Shown here: piece by piece, positions 26,859 through 33,712 of the stretch
How positions within the stretch are numbered: the stretch's first letter is position 1
How the letters are laid out: the number at the start of each line of letters is the position of its first letter
DNA from: a virus
Lineage: Duplodnaviria > Caudoviricetes
Strand: one strand, 5' to 3'
DNA length: 34,991 bases
IMG/VR virus record: IMGVR_UViG_3300042922_000685
Location: 1-34,991 of that record
Position numbers and translations under genes: made by a program
The notes under the pieces: model-generated
The model's database searches: none
Told to the model about the DNA's origin: nothing
What the model saw: only the letters and a program-made list of their open reading frames with translations

Positions 26859-26978
26859 TGTCCAAATAACACCATAGTGTTGTTTTATTCTTTATTATCT
26901 CTTTTTTTCTCAATATTACTATAGTTTACTTTACATTTTAAAAAAGTTAATTTATTATATAAATATAAACTATAGTGT
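26839..26978. promoter_or_regulatory. Four palindromic repressor/Cro operators (ACACTATAGTGT)
   Basis: ACACTATAGTGT 26839-26850, ACACCATAGTGT 26869-26880, TTACTATAGTTT 26916-26927, AAACTATAGTGT 26967-26978. Confidence 0.8.
26930..26958 (+). promoter_or_regulatory. Lysogenic (rightward) promoter for repressor-integrase
   Basis: TTTACA-N17-TATTAT flanked by two operators. Confidence 0.6.
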
Positions 26979-26995
26979 GTTTTTGAGGTGTAAAA

Positions 26996-27385
26996 ATGTC
27001 GATTGCAAATAGAGTATATGAACTAAGAAAGAAGAAAAACCTTTCCCAGTCAGAATTAGCCAAAGAAGCAGGGATTTCTCCTGCATATGTAGGAAAAATT
27101 GAAAAAGGCAATGCCAAGCCAACAGGAGATGTTTTATCTGGTTTAGCTGAAGCACTAGATACTACTATTGAATTCTTGCTTAATGGTCATAATTCAAAAG
27201 TTATAAATTATATAGTACCTAAAAAATTTGTAGTAGCAGATGAAGCGAGATTATATATTGAAAGACATAAGAAAATAGCCTCTGAAGATTTTGATGTTTC
27301 TAAACTAAGTGATCAAGAAGCATTAAAAATGGCTAATCAAATATTAGATTTCATTGAAACAGTTAGTTACAAATATAAGAAATAG
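26996..27385 (+). CDS. CI-like XRE repressor without an S24 autocleavage domain
   Basis: LRKKKNLSQSELAKEAGISPAYVGKIEKG; divergent from cro; 129 aa. Confidence 0.88.
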   Translation: MSIANRVYELRKKKNLSQSELAKEAGISPAYVGKIEKGNAKPTGDVLSGLAEALDTTIEFLLNGHNSKVINYIVPKKFVVADEARLYIERHKKIASEDFDVSKLSDQEALKMANQILDFIETVSYKYKK

Positions 27386-27394
27386 GGAGCGATA

Positions 27395-28483
27395 TTGATA
27401 ATGAAAACCAATATAACGTATCGAGAACGGAAGAAGGGTAATTGGCAATATATAATTAGTTATAAAGAAAATGAATTTTCAAAATGGAATTATGGTACTT
27501 CTAAACAGGGGTTCTCGAAGAAATCTATAGCAAAAGAAGCAGCCGAAGAAGCTTTGAAAGAATTCTTGAAAGAATATGATAAAGAATCTAAATTAGATAG
27601 TGAATTTAAAGGTATAACTTTTAAAGAATTTACTGAAGAGTATATAATTCATATGAAAAAATATAGATCATGGAAAACTGTAGAGAGTACTAAAAGCGCA
27701 GTAGGAAAATTTAAGGATTTAAATGATATTGAAATGATAAAGATTTCTACTATGGATGTGCAAAAGGCTGTTGATTCTATGATAGATACAATAAAAACAA
27801 ATACAATAAAATATTATTTAAAAAAGTTAAATATAATTTTTAACTCAGCATTAAATCAATATAATGTAATAACAAAAAATCCTTGTAAAGGTGTTATCAC
27901 AAATGAAGCTGATGAAATAATAAAACGAGCTTTAATAGATAGTGAAATTGCCACTCTTTTAGATAAATCAAAAGACACAGAATTCTACCTTGTATATCTA
28001 ATAGCTATTAATACAGGTATGCGATTTGGAGAAATATTAGGACTGAAATGGGATGATATAGATTATAATAACTCAACAATAAAAGTAGAAAGACAATGGA
28101 AAAAACTTGATGATAATACTTATGGATTTGGTACATTAAAAACTAAAAATTCAAAAAGGACTATACCCGTTAAAAAAACTTTTTTAGATGAACTATTAAC
28201 TTATAAAAAAATCATTAATATAGATCAACGAGTATTTGATATTTATGACAAAGCTTACGCAATATTTCGGATAAATAGACACATTAAAAGCATTATTCCC
28301 GATATTACAGCTCATGAATTAAGACATACTTACGCAACAAAATTAGTTGCAAGCGGAGTTCTTGACTTCAAAACAATTTCTTCTATACTTGGTCATACTG
28401 TAGCGCAAACAATTAAAACCTATAGTCATATTAATTCTGATATGCTCAGTAAAGCTCAAAAAGTTATAGAAGAAATTTTTTAA
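27395..28483 (+). CDS. int: Phage integrase (tyrosine recombinase with arm-binding N-terminus)
   Basis: NWQYII...KQGF.KK..A arm domain; NTGMRFGEI, KTKNS, HELRH, LGH, TYSH. Confidence 0.95.
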   Translation: MIMKTNITYRERKKGNWQYIISYKENEFSKWNYGTSKQGFSKKSIAKEAAEEALKEFLKEYDKESKLDSEFKGITFKEFTEEYIIHMKKYRSWKTVESTKSAVGKFKDLNDIEMIKISTMDVQKAVDSMIDTIKTNTIKYYLKKLNIIFNSALNQYNVITKNPCKGVITNEADEIIKRALIDSEIATLLDKSKDTEFYLVYLIAINTGMRFGEILGLKWDDIDYNNSTIKVERQWKKLDDNTYGFGTLKTKNSKRTIPVKKTFLDELLTYKKIINIDQRVFDIYDKAYAIFRINRHIKSIIPDITAHELRHTYATKLVASGVLDFKTISSILGHTVAQTIKTYSHINSDMLSKAQKVIEEIF

Positions 28484-28491
28484 ACTATTTT

Positions 28492-28700
28492 TTTGACATA
28501 TTTTTGACACTAAGACGTTAAAAGCCTTGATATAAGGCTTTTCTTTAATATATTAACCTTACATTTATGTAAGCTTGAATAAATTTTATTACCTATATAT
28601 TTTATATAAATAGCCTGTTTAGGTATTATTAAAATGAAATTAGTGTCTATATTTTATATAATTTTTATATTTTTATTTGACATATTTTTGACGTCAAAAA
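28492..28700. other. Probable attP region
   Basis: 17-bp direct repeat TTTGACATATTTTTGAC at 28492-28508 and 28676-28692 (tandem arm-type TTTGAC sites), an inverted copy within TTTTTGACGTCAAAAA, and a central palindrome CTTACAT-TT-ATGTAAG at 28558-28573. Confidence 0.65.
28520..28542 (+). terminator. Terminator-like hairpin after the integrase
   Basis: AAAAGCCTT-GATAT-AAGGCTTTT. Confidence 0.65.
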
Positions 28701-28728
28701 AAGCACTGGTATTCATACTAGTGCTTTT
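28699..28728 (-). terminator. Terminator of the SOS-box peptide gene
   Basis: AAAAGCACT..AGTGCTTTT stem with T7 on the minus strand. Confidence 0.6.
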
Positions 28729-28862
28729 AATACTTTATGTAGAGTTTTAATATCTTTTAAATAAATAATAAATATACCTTCATGCTTCACAACATAGTAA
28801 TTAAAGCTTGGACATATTTTTAATGTAAACCTTATCTTTTTATATTTTAATCTTTGTGTCAT
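28713..28862 (-). CDS. 49-aa basic peptide under a LexA-box promoter
   Basis: GGGGAG SD; MTQRLKYKKIRFTLKICPSFNYYVVKHEGIFIIYLKDIKTLHKVLKALV; own promoter and terminator; absent from the track. Confidence 0.65.
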   Translation of the reverse strand: MTQRLKYKKIRFTLKICPSFNYYVVKHEGIFIIYLKDIKTLHKVLKALV

Positions 28863-28903
28863 AGTATCCACTCCCCTTAATTCCCTTAACTATCCCTTGT
28901 TTT

Positions 28904-28932
28904 ATTATAGCAAACATATGTTCTAAAAACAA
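28904..28932 (-). promoter_or_regulatory. Sigma-A promoter with LexA (SOS) box in the spacer
   Basis: TTGTTT-N17-TATAAT with extended TG; GAACATATGTTT (28912-28923) fits the Firmicute GAAC-N4-GTTY box. Confidence 0.72.
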
Positions 28933-29042
28933 TATATCCCTTGGTTTTATTTTACTACAAAAAGACGTCGGGCGCCCCGACAGTTTCGACAATTGGGAGT
29001 TTTTTATCGACACAAAAAGACAACAATCAAAATGATTGTTGT

Positions 29043-29192
29043 TCACTTAACTTTACGTTTCTTTAATAAATCCGCTATTGCTTCATCTAATAACTTACTC
29101 ATAGGAATTCCAGTATCTTCAGAATACTTTTTAAGTTTCGTAAATAATTTAGTATCTATTGAATTTCCTATTCTTGTTCTATGAACTAACAA
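29043..29192 (-). CDS. Ribbon-helix-helix protein
   Basis: MLVHRTRIGNSIDTKLFTKLKKYSEDTGIPMSKLLDEAIADLLKK; GGTGAG SD with TTG start; absent from the track. Confidence 0.85.
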   Translation of the reverse strand: MLVHRTRIGNSIDTKLFTKLKKYSEDTGIPMSKLLDEAIADLLKKRKVK

Positions 29193-29236
29193 AAACTCAC
29201 CCCACACCTTTATAAAAAATATAATTTAATTATATA

Positions 29237-29288
29237 AAGTAGCATAAGGTTAAAACAAGTAACATAAGGTGCTGTCACTTTATGTCAC
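29237..29288. promoter_or_regulatory. Direct repeats in the divergent RHH/HTH promoter region
   Basis: AAGTAGCATAAGGT 29237-29250 and AAGTAACATAAGGT 29257-29270; TGTCAC at 29273 and 29283. Confidence 0.55.
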
Positions 29289-29359
29289 GTTCTAGCATAA
29301 TAAAAATATTATTACATATAATATGTGTAAATTTATAATAATAATAAAGGTGATCTGCT

Positions 29360-29641
29360 ATGAATAAAAAATATAAACTAAAGGTAAAACAGTATAGAAT
29401 ACTGAGAGGATTAACTCAAATAGAATTGGCTAGTAAGGTAGGAGTAAGTAGAAATTATGTATCAGAAGTTGAAAATAATAAATATGATATCAGAACTTCT
29501 TTACTTTATGATTTATCTGAAGTTCTTGATGTTAGCCTTGACGAACTTGTAGTAGATTTTTGTGATAAATGCATTATTAACATAATGAATAAGAAAAGTA
29601 AGTTAGGAAGAAGGTTAAACAGATGGAAAATAAAGAGGTAG
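29360..29641 (+). CDS. XRE-family HTH regulator
   Basis: YRILRGLTQIELASKVGVSRNYVSEVENN. Confidence 0.88.
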   Translation: MNKKYKLKVKQYRILRGLTQIELASKVGVSRNYVSEVENNKYDIRTSLLYDLSEVLDVSLDELVVDFCDKCIINIMNKKSKLGRRLNRWKIKR

Positions 29642-29793
29642 CTAGAGTTGTAGAGTTATTAAAAGAAGATAGGACTATAAATACTATATTTGACATAAAA
29701 GAATTTAGAATAAGTAAGCTATGTGAAATATCTGAGACTTATGATATATGTGTTAAGGATTTATTGAAATATTATGAGCAATCAATAAAATAG
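29623..29793 (+). CDS. 56-aa protein resembling the C-terminal half of an XRE domain
   Basis: MENKEVARVVELLKEDRTINTIFDIKEFRISKLCEISETYDICVKDLLKYYEQSIK; ends at a terminator; absent from the track. Confidence 0.6.
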   Translation: MENKEVARVVELLKEDRTINTIFDIKEFRISKLCEISETYDICVKDLLKYYEQSIK

Positions 29794-29811
29794 CCCCTTA
29801 TTTGGGGCTAT
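29790..29811. terminator. Terminator between convergent genes
   Basis: ATAGCCCC-TTATTT-GGGGCTAT. Confidence 0.75.
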
Positions 29812-29818
29812 TCCTTAA

Positions 29819-30544
29819 TTACTTATTTGTATTTATTGAAGCGTTTTTTATTTTTAAATATTGTCCATCTTGAATAGTTATATATTTTTCTGCTTGTAAG
29901 TTATCGTTAGTAACTATACTTTCTAGACCTCCAAGACTATCTTTATCAACTTCAACATATCCCATATTTGAATCTGGAACAACTTTATATTCTCCTGCTG
30001 ATATATGAACTCCTACCTTATACATACCAGCTTTATAAATACCATCTTCTGGTTTAAGCGAAGGTGCTTTATCAAATGCATACATATTAGCACTTTTTAG
30101 ATTTACATACTGCCCATCTTTCACTGTTATAATTGTATTACCTTGTACATTATCATTCATTACTATACTATCAAGTGTACCAGAGCTATCCTTTGTAACT
30201 TCTACATATCCTAATCCTAAACCACCTGAAGAAACAACTATGTATTCTCCTGCTGGCATATCTTGACCGACCTTATAATTTCCTGCCTTTATTTTATTTT
30301 CATCTTCTTTTTTAGTTTCTGCTGTTGAATTAGATTCAGTTGTTATTTTTGAACCATCATTTTTTTCTTTGTCATTCTTATCCCCTAACAAAGAGCCTAA
30401 AGCACCTATAATTACTAATATTCCTATTCCTATTAGAAGAGTTTTAAGACATCCTCCTGCATTTTTTTGCCCACATTTAGGGCATGTCTTTGCACTTTTG
30501 GATATTTCCGCTCCACAAGCTTTACATTGCTTTAATTTTGCCAT
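29819..30544 (-). CDS. Zinc-ribbon, single-TM membrane protein with two repeated extracellular domains (moron)
   Basis: CKAC...CPKCG, TM helix, two AG.YKVG....AGEY.V...GYVEV.KDS.G.L.SIV.NDN repeats. Confidence 0.85.
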   Translation of the reverse strand: MAKLKQCKACGAEISKSAKTCPKCGQKNAGGCLKTLLIGIGILVIIGALGSLLGDKNDKEKNDGSKITTESNSTAETKKEDENKIKAGNYKVGQDMPAGEYIVVSSGGLGLGYVEVTKDSSGTLDSIVMNDNVQGNTIITVKDGQYVNLKSANMYAFDKAPSLKPEDGIYKAGMYKVGVHISAGEYKVVPDSNMGYVEVDKDSLGGLESIVTNDNLQAEKYITIQDGQYLKIKNASINTNK

Positions 30545-30594
30545 TATTATCTTCCCCTTTTAATATTATTATGTGAATTTATTGTTCAATTTTA

Positions 30595-30634
30595 AGTATA
30601 TTATGAGAAAATAAGACAAGCAACATATTCGACA
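30595..30634 (-). promoter_or_regulatory. Own promoter of the moron with an adjacent Spo0A-type box
   Basis: TTGCTT-N17-TATACT; TGTCGAA at 30628-30634 (minus strand). Confidence 0.5.
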
Positions 30635-30653
30635 AAATGTCTTAAAATAAAAC

Positions 30654-30683
30654 AAGCCTAGAAGGAATTATCCCTCTAGGCTT
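30654..30683 (-). terminator. Terminator after the endolysin
   Basis: AAGCCTAGA...TCTAGGCTT. Confidence 0.75.
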
Positions 30684-30687
30684 AAGT

Positions 30688-31626
30688 TTATGCTAATAAT
30701 AATTTACTCCAGGTTATAGGACCTACAACTCCATCAGCAGATATTCCAGTACTAGATTGGAATTGCTTAATTGAAGAATCTGTAATAGGTCCAAATACTC
30801 CATCACTATTTATATTATAACCTTTTCTTTTTAAAAGCTCCTGGATAACAAATGTTATATTCCCCTTTGCTCCTTGCCTAACTATTGGCAATGAACCTAA
30901 TGTTTTAGGTCCTATAAGTCCATCCACCGCTAACCCCTTGCTGAATTGCTTATTTATCTCTGCTTGTAGCTGCTGAATTAATTCTCCGGATACATAACCA
31001 TTATATGTGTTTTGACCTGCCTGTGAGATTGTAGGAGCTTCAATAGAAACTTTATTGATAAATATCCCTTCATTAAAATTATTAAGGTCTACATTGCCAT
31101 TAATTCCATATACACTTCCACCAGAAGTATATTGATGCCCTACTACATTAGAAAAGCCTGTTTTCATAGGAGTATTAACTCCATAATGAGCTATCCAAGC
31201 TTTATATCTTTTAATTCTATTATCTAAGTTATCTCTTCCAAAATAACCACCTGTATAGATCATGCAATCTAATCCTGAAAGCTCCTTGAACTTAGCTAAA
31301 AATTCTAAGCATCTATCAGTTATTTGTGATGCAGTTCTATTTCGATTATTTGTTTCTATGTCTAGACAAGGCAATATTTCGTATTGTTTATCCTTTATAG
31401 CATTGTAAAAAGCTACTGCTTGTTCAGAAGGTGAAGTGCCTTCGCTCATAAAATGATAAAACCCAACTGGAAATCCAGCTGCCTTAGCTCCTTGATAATG
31501 CTCTCCTAATTTAGAATCTAAATAAGTTATTCCTTCAGTAGCTTTCATTATTACTACTTCAACAGAATTTTTAAGTGCATTAAAATCTACACTTGGTTGA
31601 TGATTTGATATATCAATACCTTTCAT
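30688..31626 (-). CDS. Endolysin: GH25 muramidase with peptidoglycan-binding domains
   Basis: KGIDISNHQ, KATEG, GFYHF, CLDIE, WIAHY, HQYTS, VDLN; three DG..GP.T motifs in the C-terminus. Confidence 0.95.
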   Translation of the reverse strand: MKGIDISNHQPSVDFNALKNSVEVVIMKATEGITYLDSKLGEHYQGAKAAGFPVGFYHFMSEGTSPSEQAVAFYNAIKDKQYEILPCLDIETNNRNRTASQITDRCLEFLAKFKELSGLDCMIYTGGYFGRDNLDNRIKRYKAWIAHYGVNTPMKTGFSNVVGHQYTSGGSVYGINGNVDLNNFNEGIFINKVSIEAPTISQAGQNTYNGYVSGELIQQLQAEINKQFSKGLAVDGLIGPKTLGSLPIVRQGAKGNITFVIQELLKRKGYNINSDGVFGPITDSSIKQFQSSTGISADGVVGPITWSKLLLA

Positions 31627-31636
31627 AATATCCTCC

Positions 31637-31888
31637 TTATTCTTCTTTGTTTTTTTGTTTAATTAATTGATTAGTATATACAGCTGCACCTACAACAAGC
31701 ACTCCCTGAATAACAGCCTGTACAGTAAAACCGATTAATGCTACAGAAGCAATAACTCCTATAGGTAATAAGATTACAGGTATAAACTTATCTTGAAACT
31801 TTTCAGTTCCTTTTAAGATCATCCCTAACACATATAATACAGGTACCAAGATTAAAGCATTTTCAGTTATAAATTTTACAAATTCCAT
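31637..31888 (-). CDS. Holin
   Basis: LILVPVLYVLG, DKFIPVIL, IQGVLV, NQLIKQ; directly before the endolysin. Confidence 0.9.
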   Translation of the reverse strand: MEFVKFITENALILVPVLYVLGMILKGTEKFQDKFIPVILLPIGVIASVALIGFTVQAVIQGVLVVGAAVYTNQLIKQKNKEE

Positions 31889-31906
31889 TTTTATCTCTCC
31901 TTAAAA

Positions 31907-32149
31907 TTATTTTTTTAATAAAAGGGCAACTACTCCGCCTATTATAGCTCCAGCAATTGCTCTCCATAACCACTTGTTATTATCTTCTAAATCTTTTATC
32001 CTATTGTTTGCAACTTTAAGTTTATCTTCAACATTCTTTAATTTTAGATCAGTAGTTTCAACCATATTCTTTAGGGTTGTTTTAATCTCAACTAAATTTT
32101 CACGAACTTCTTGTATAATTTCTTTTTCATCTGCCATTAAGCACCTCAC
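31907..32149 (-). CDS. XhlA-family (haemolysin/holin-associated) protein
   Basis: Coiled coil then NKWLWRAIAGAIIG; likely start at MADEKE. Confidence 0.88.
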   Translation of the reverse strand: MRCLMADEKEIIQEVRENLVEIKTTLKNMVETTDLKLKNVEDKLKVANNRIKDLEDNNKWLWRAIAGAIIGGVVALLLKK

Positions 32150-32160
32150 TAAATAAAGAA

Positions 32161-32181
32161 AAGGACTTATATAAAGTCCTT
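32161..32181 (-). terminator. Terminator after the XerD-like recombinase
   Basis: AAGGACTT-ATATA-AAGTCCTT plus T-run on the minus strand. Confidence 0.65.
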
Positions 32182-33202
32182 AACTAGTTTTATTATATTC
32201 ATGTTTTATATTATTTTCTGAGAGAGCAGCGTATATTTGAGTTGTTGAAGGGTTAGTATGTCCTAATAACATTTGCAAGGCTGTTATATTCATTCCTGAG
32301 TTTAGTCTATGTGTAGCAAAACTATGTCTCAGTAAATGAGGGAACACACTCTTTTCTATTCCTGCTCTTAATGCAACATTAGACACCTCCTTTTCAATGC
32401 TTCTTTGTCCTAGCCTTGCATATGGTCTTTTACTTGTTACAAATAAAGGTTTATTTTCATCTTTTCTTGTTTTCAAATAATCAATTATTAGTAACTTAGC
32501 CTTTACATTAAAATAAACCTTTCTTTCTTTATTGCCTTTTCCTATAACATTAACACTTAACTCATTCCAATTGATTGAATTTTTATCAACTCCAGTTACT
32601 TCACTTACCCTACAGCCTGTACTATATATAAATTCAATAAGAGCCTTCTCACGTGAACTTATACAAGCTTGTTTAACCTTTTCCATCTCTTCTAAAGTTA
32701 AAGCCTTACGCAAGCGTTTAGGTATCTTAGGACCTTTAATTTTTGCCATAGGATTTTTTAAAAGGTATTCTTCTTCAACAAGCCATTTAAAGAATCCCTT
32801 TAGTGTATATATAAATGTACTCATTGAAGTTTCTCTTTTATCCTTAGAAGATAAAGCTATATACATCCTCAAATCATTCGTTGTTATTGTACTTGTAGGT
32901 TTATTAAAAAATCCATTTAATTTTTGAAGTTGAACTTTATAATTATATAAAGTTTTTGCACTGAGTCCTTCTAATCTTCTAACTGCAAGATACATTTTTA
33001 TTCTATCTGACATATCAGAAGATACTAATGATGTTTCTCTTGTTAAAACATCATAATTATAAAGCACCTTTTCAACTATAGCTTTAACTTTTAGTTGTAA
33101 GCTAAGATCTTTTTCTAAATAATCAAATTCAGAAGATAATTTTCCTATTAGTTTAATAACTACTTCATCATTACAATTTGTCCTATGCTCATATTCATAC
33201 AT
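32180..33202 (-). CDS. XerC/D-like tyrosine recombinase with SAM-like N-terminal domain
   Basis: EGLSAKTLYNY, STGCRVSE, GKGNKER, VFPHLLRHSFAT, LLGH, TTQIY. Confidence 0.95.
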   Translation of the reverse strand: MYEYEHRTNCNDEVVIKLIGKLSSEFDYLEKDLSLQLKVKAIVEKVLYNYDVLTRETSLVSSDMSDRIKMYLAVRRLEGLSAKTLYNYKVQLQKLNGFFNKPTSTITTNDLRMYIALSSKDKRETSMSTFIYTLKGFFKWLVEEEYLLKNPMAKIKGPKIPKRLRKALTLEEMEKVKQACISSREKALIEFIYSTGCRVSEVTGVDKNSINWNELSVNVIGKGNKERKVYFNVKAKLLIIDYLKTRKDENKPLFVTSKRPYARLGQRSIEKEVSNVALRAGIEKSVFPHLLRHSFATHRLNSGMNITALQMLLGHTNPSTTQIYAALSENNIKHEYNKTS

Positions 33203-33217
33203 AATTCATCCCCCTAG

Positions 33218-33318
33218 TTTACACAAAGGAATAACTATGTTAATATCTAATTACACCTTTGTGTGTATGTTAGAGAGTTCTGTTTGCTTTGGTCGGCGTA
33301 GAACTCTCTTTCCTTTTT
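33218..33318 (+). ncRNA. Candidate antisense sRNA to the recombinase leader
   Basis: TTTACA-N17-TAATAT promoter (33218-33246); hairpin AGAGAGTTCT-N18-AGAACTCTCT (33272-33309) plus T-tail. Confidence 0.5.
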
Positions 33319-33320
33319 GG

Positions 33321-33572
33321 TTATTTATAGCTCTTAATTATCTCTTCTAATGTTCTATTAACTTTTTCTAAATCATCAGTTCCAATAGGGAAAGATGGAC
33401 TTCTTCTGCCAGAAACTATTCCATTGTATTCCATCTGTACTTTCGCTACAGAAGGGAATGTTCCATCCCAATCTTCCTTACCGATTGAAACTTTATACTT
33501 AGTATTTGGAGGATGTGGAGGGCAACTTGCATTTACATACTTAGTTACCTCCGGATAAAATATCTTGGCCAT
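33321..33572 (-). CDS. Hypothetical protein (moron-like)
   Basis: 83 aa, GAGGTG SD, upstream extended -10 TGGTATACT. Confidence 0.75.
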   Translation of the reverse strand: MAKIFYPEVTKYVNASCPPHPPNTKYKVSIGKEDWDGTFPSVAKVQMEYNGIVSGRRSPSFPIGTDDLEKVNRTLEEIIKSYK

Positions 33573-33681
33573 ATCATCACCTCTTTTCTTTAGCTTACCT
33601 ATAGTATACCAAGGTGTCCTAAAGGATTATACAGGTATGTTATGGTAAGAAAAATAGAGTATTTCTACTCTCTTAATTTAT

Positions 33682-33711
33682 AGTTAGTTCGCATTAATTT
33701 TCAATTGAGTA
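33682..33711 (-). other. Candidate recombination site, distal end of the RBP module
   Basis: Minus strand TACTCAAT-TGAAAATT-AATGCGAA-CTAACT, starting 1 nt after the RBP stop codon. Confidence 0.6.
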
Positions 33712-33712
33712 C

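Noticed and set aside
28840-29184. Track ORFs 28840..29046 (-) and 28993..29184 (+)
   Set aside because: They run over a promoter/LexA box and the RHH gene; the shorter ORFs 28713-28862 and 29043-29192 have better signals.
31907-32149. XhlA protein as a virulence haemolysin
   Set aside because: It occupies the standard position in a Firmicute phage lysis cassette.
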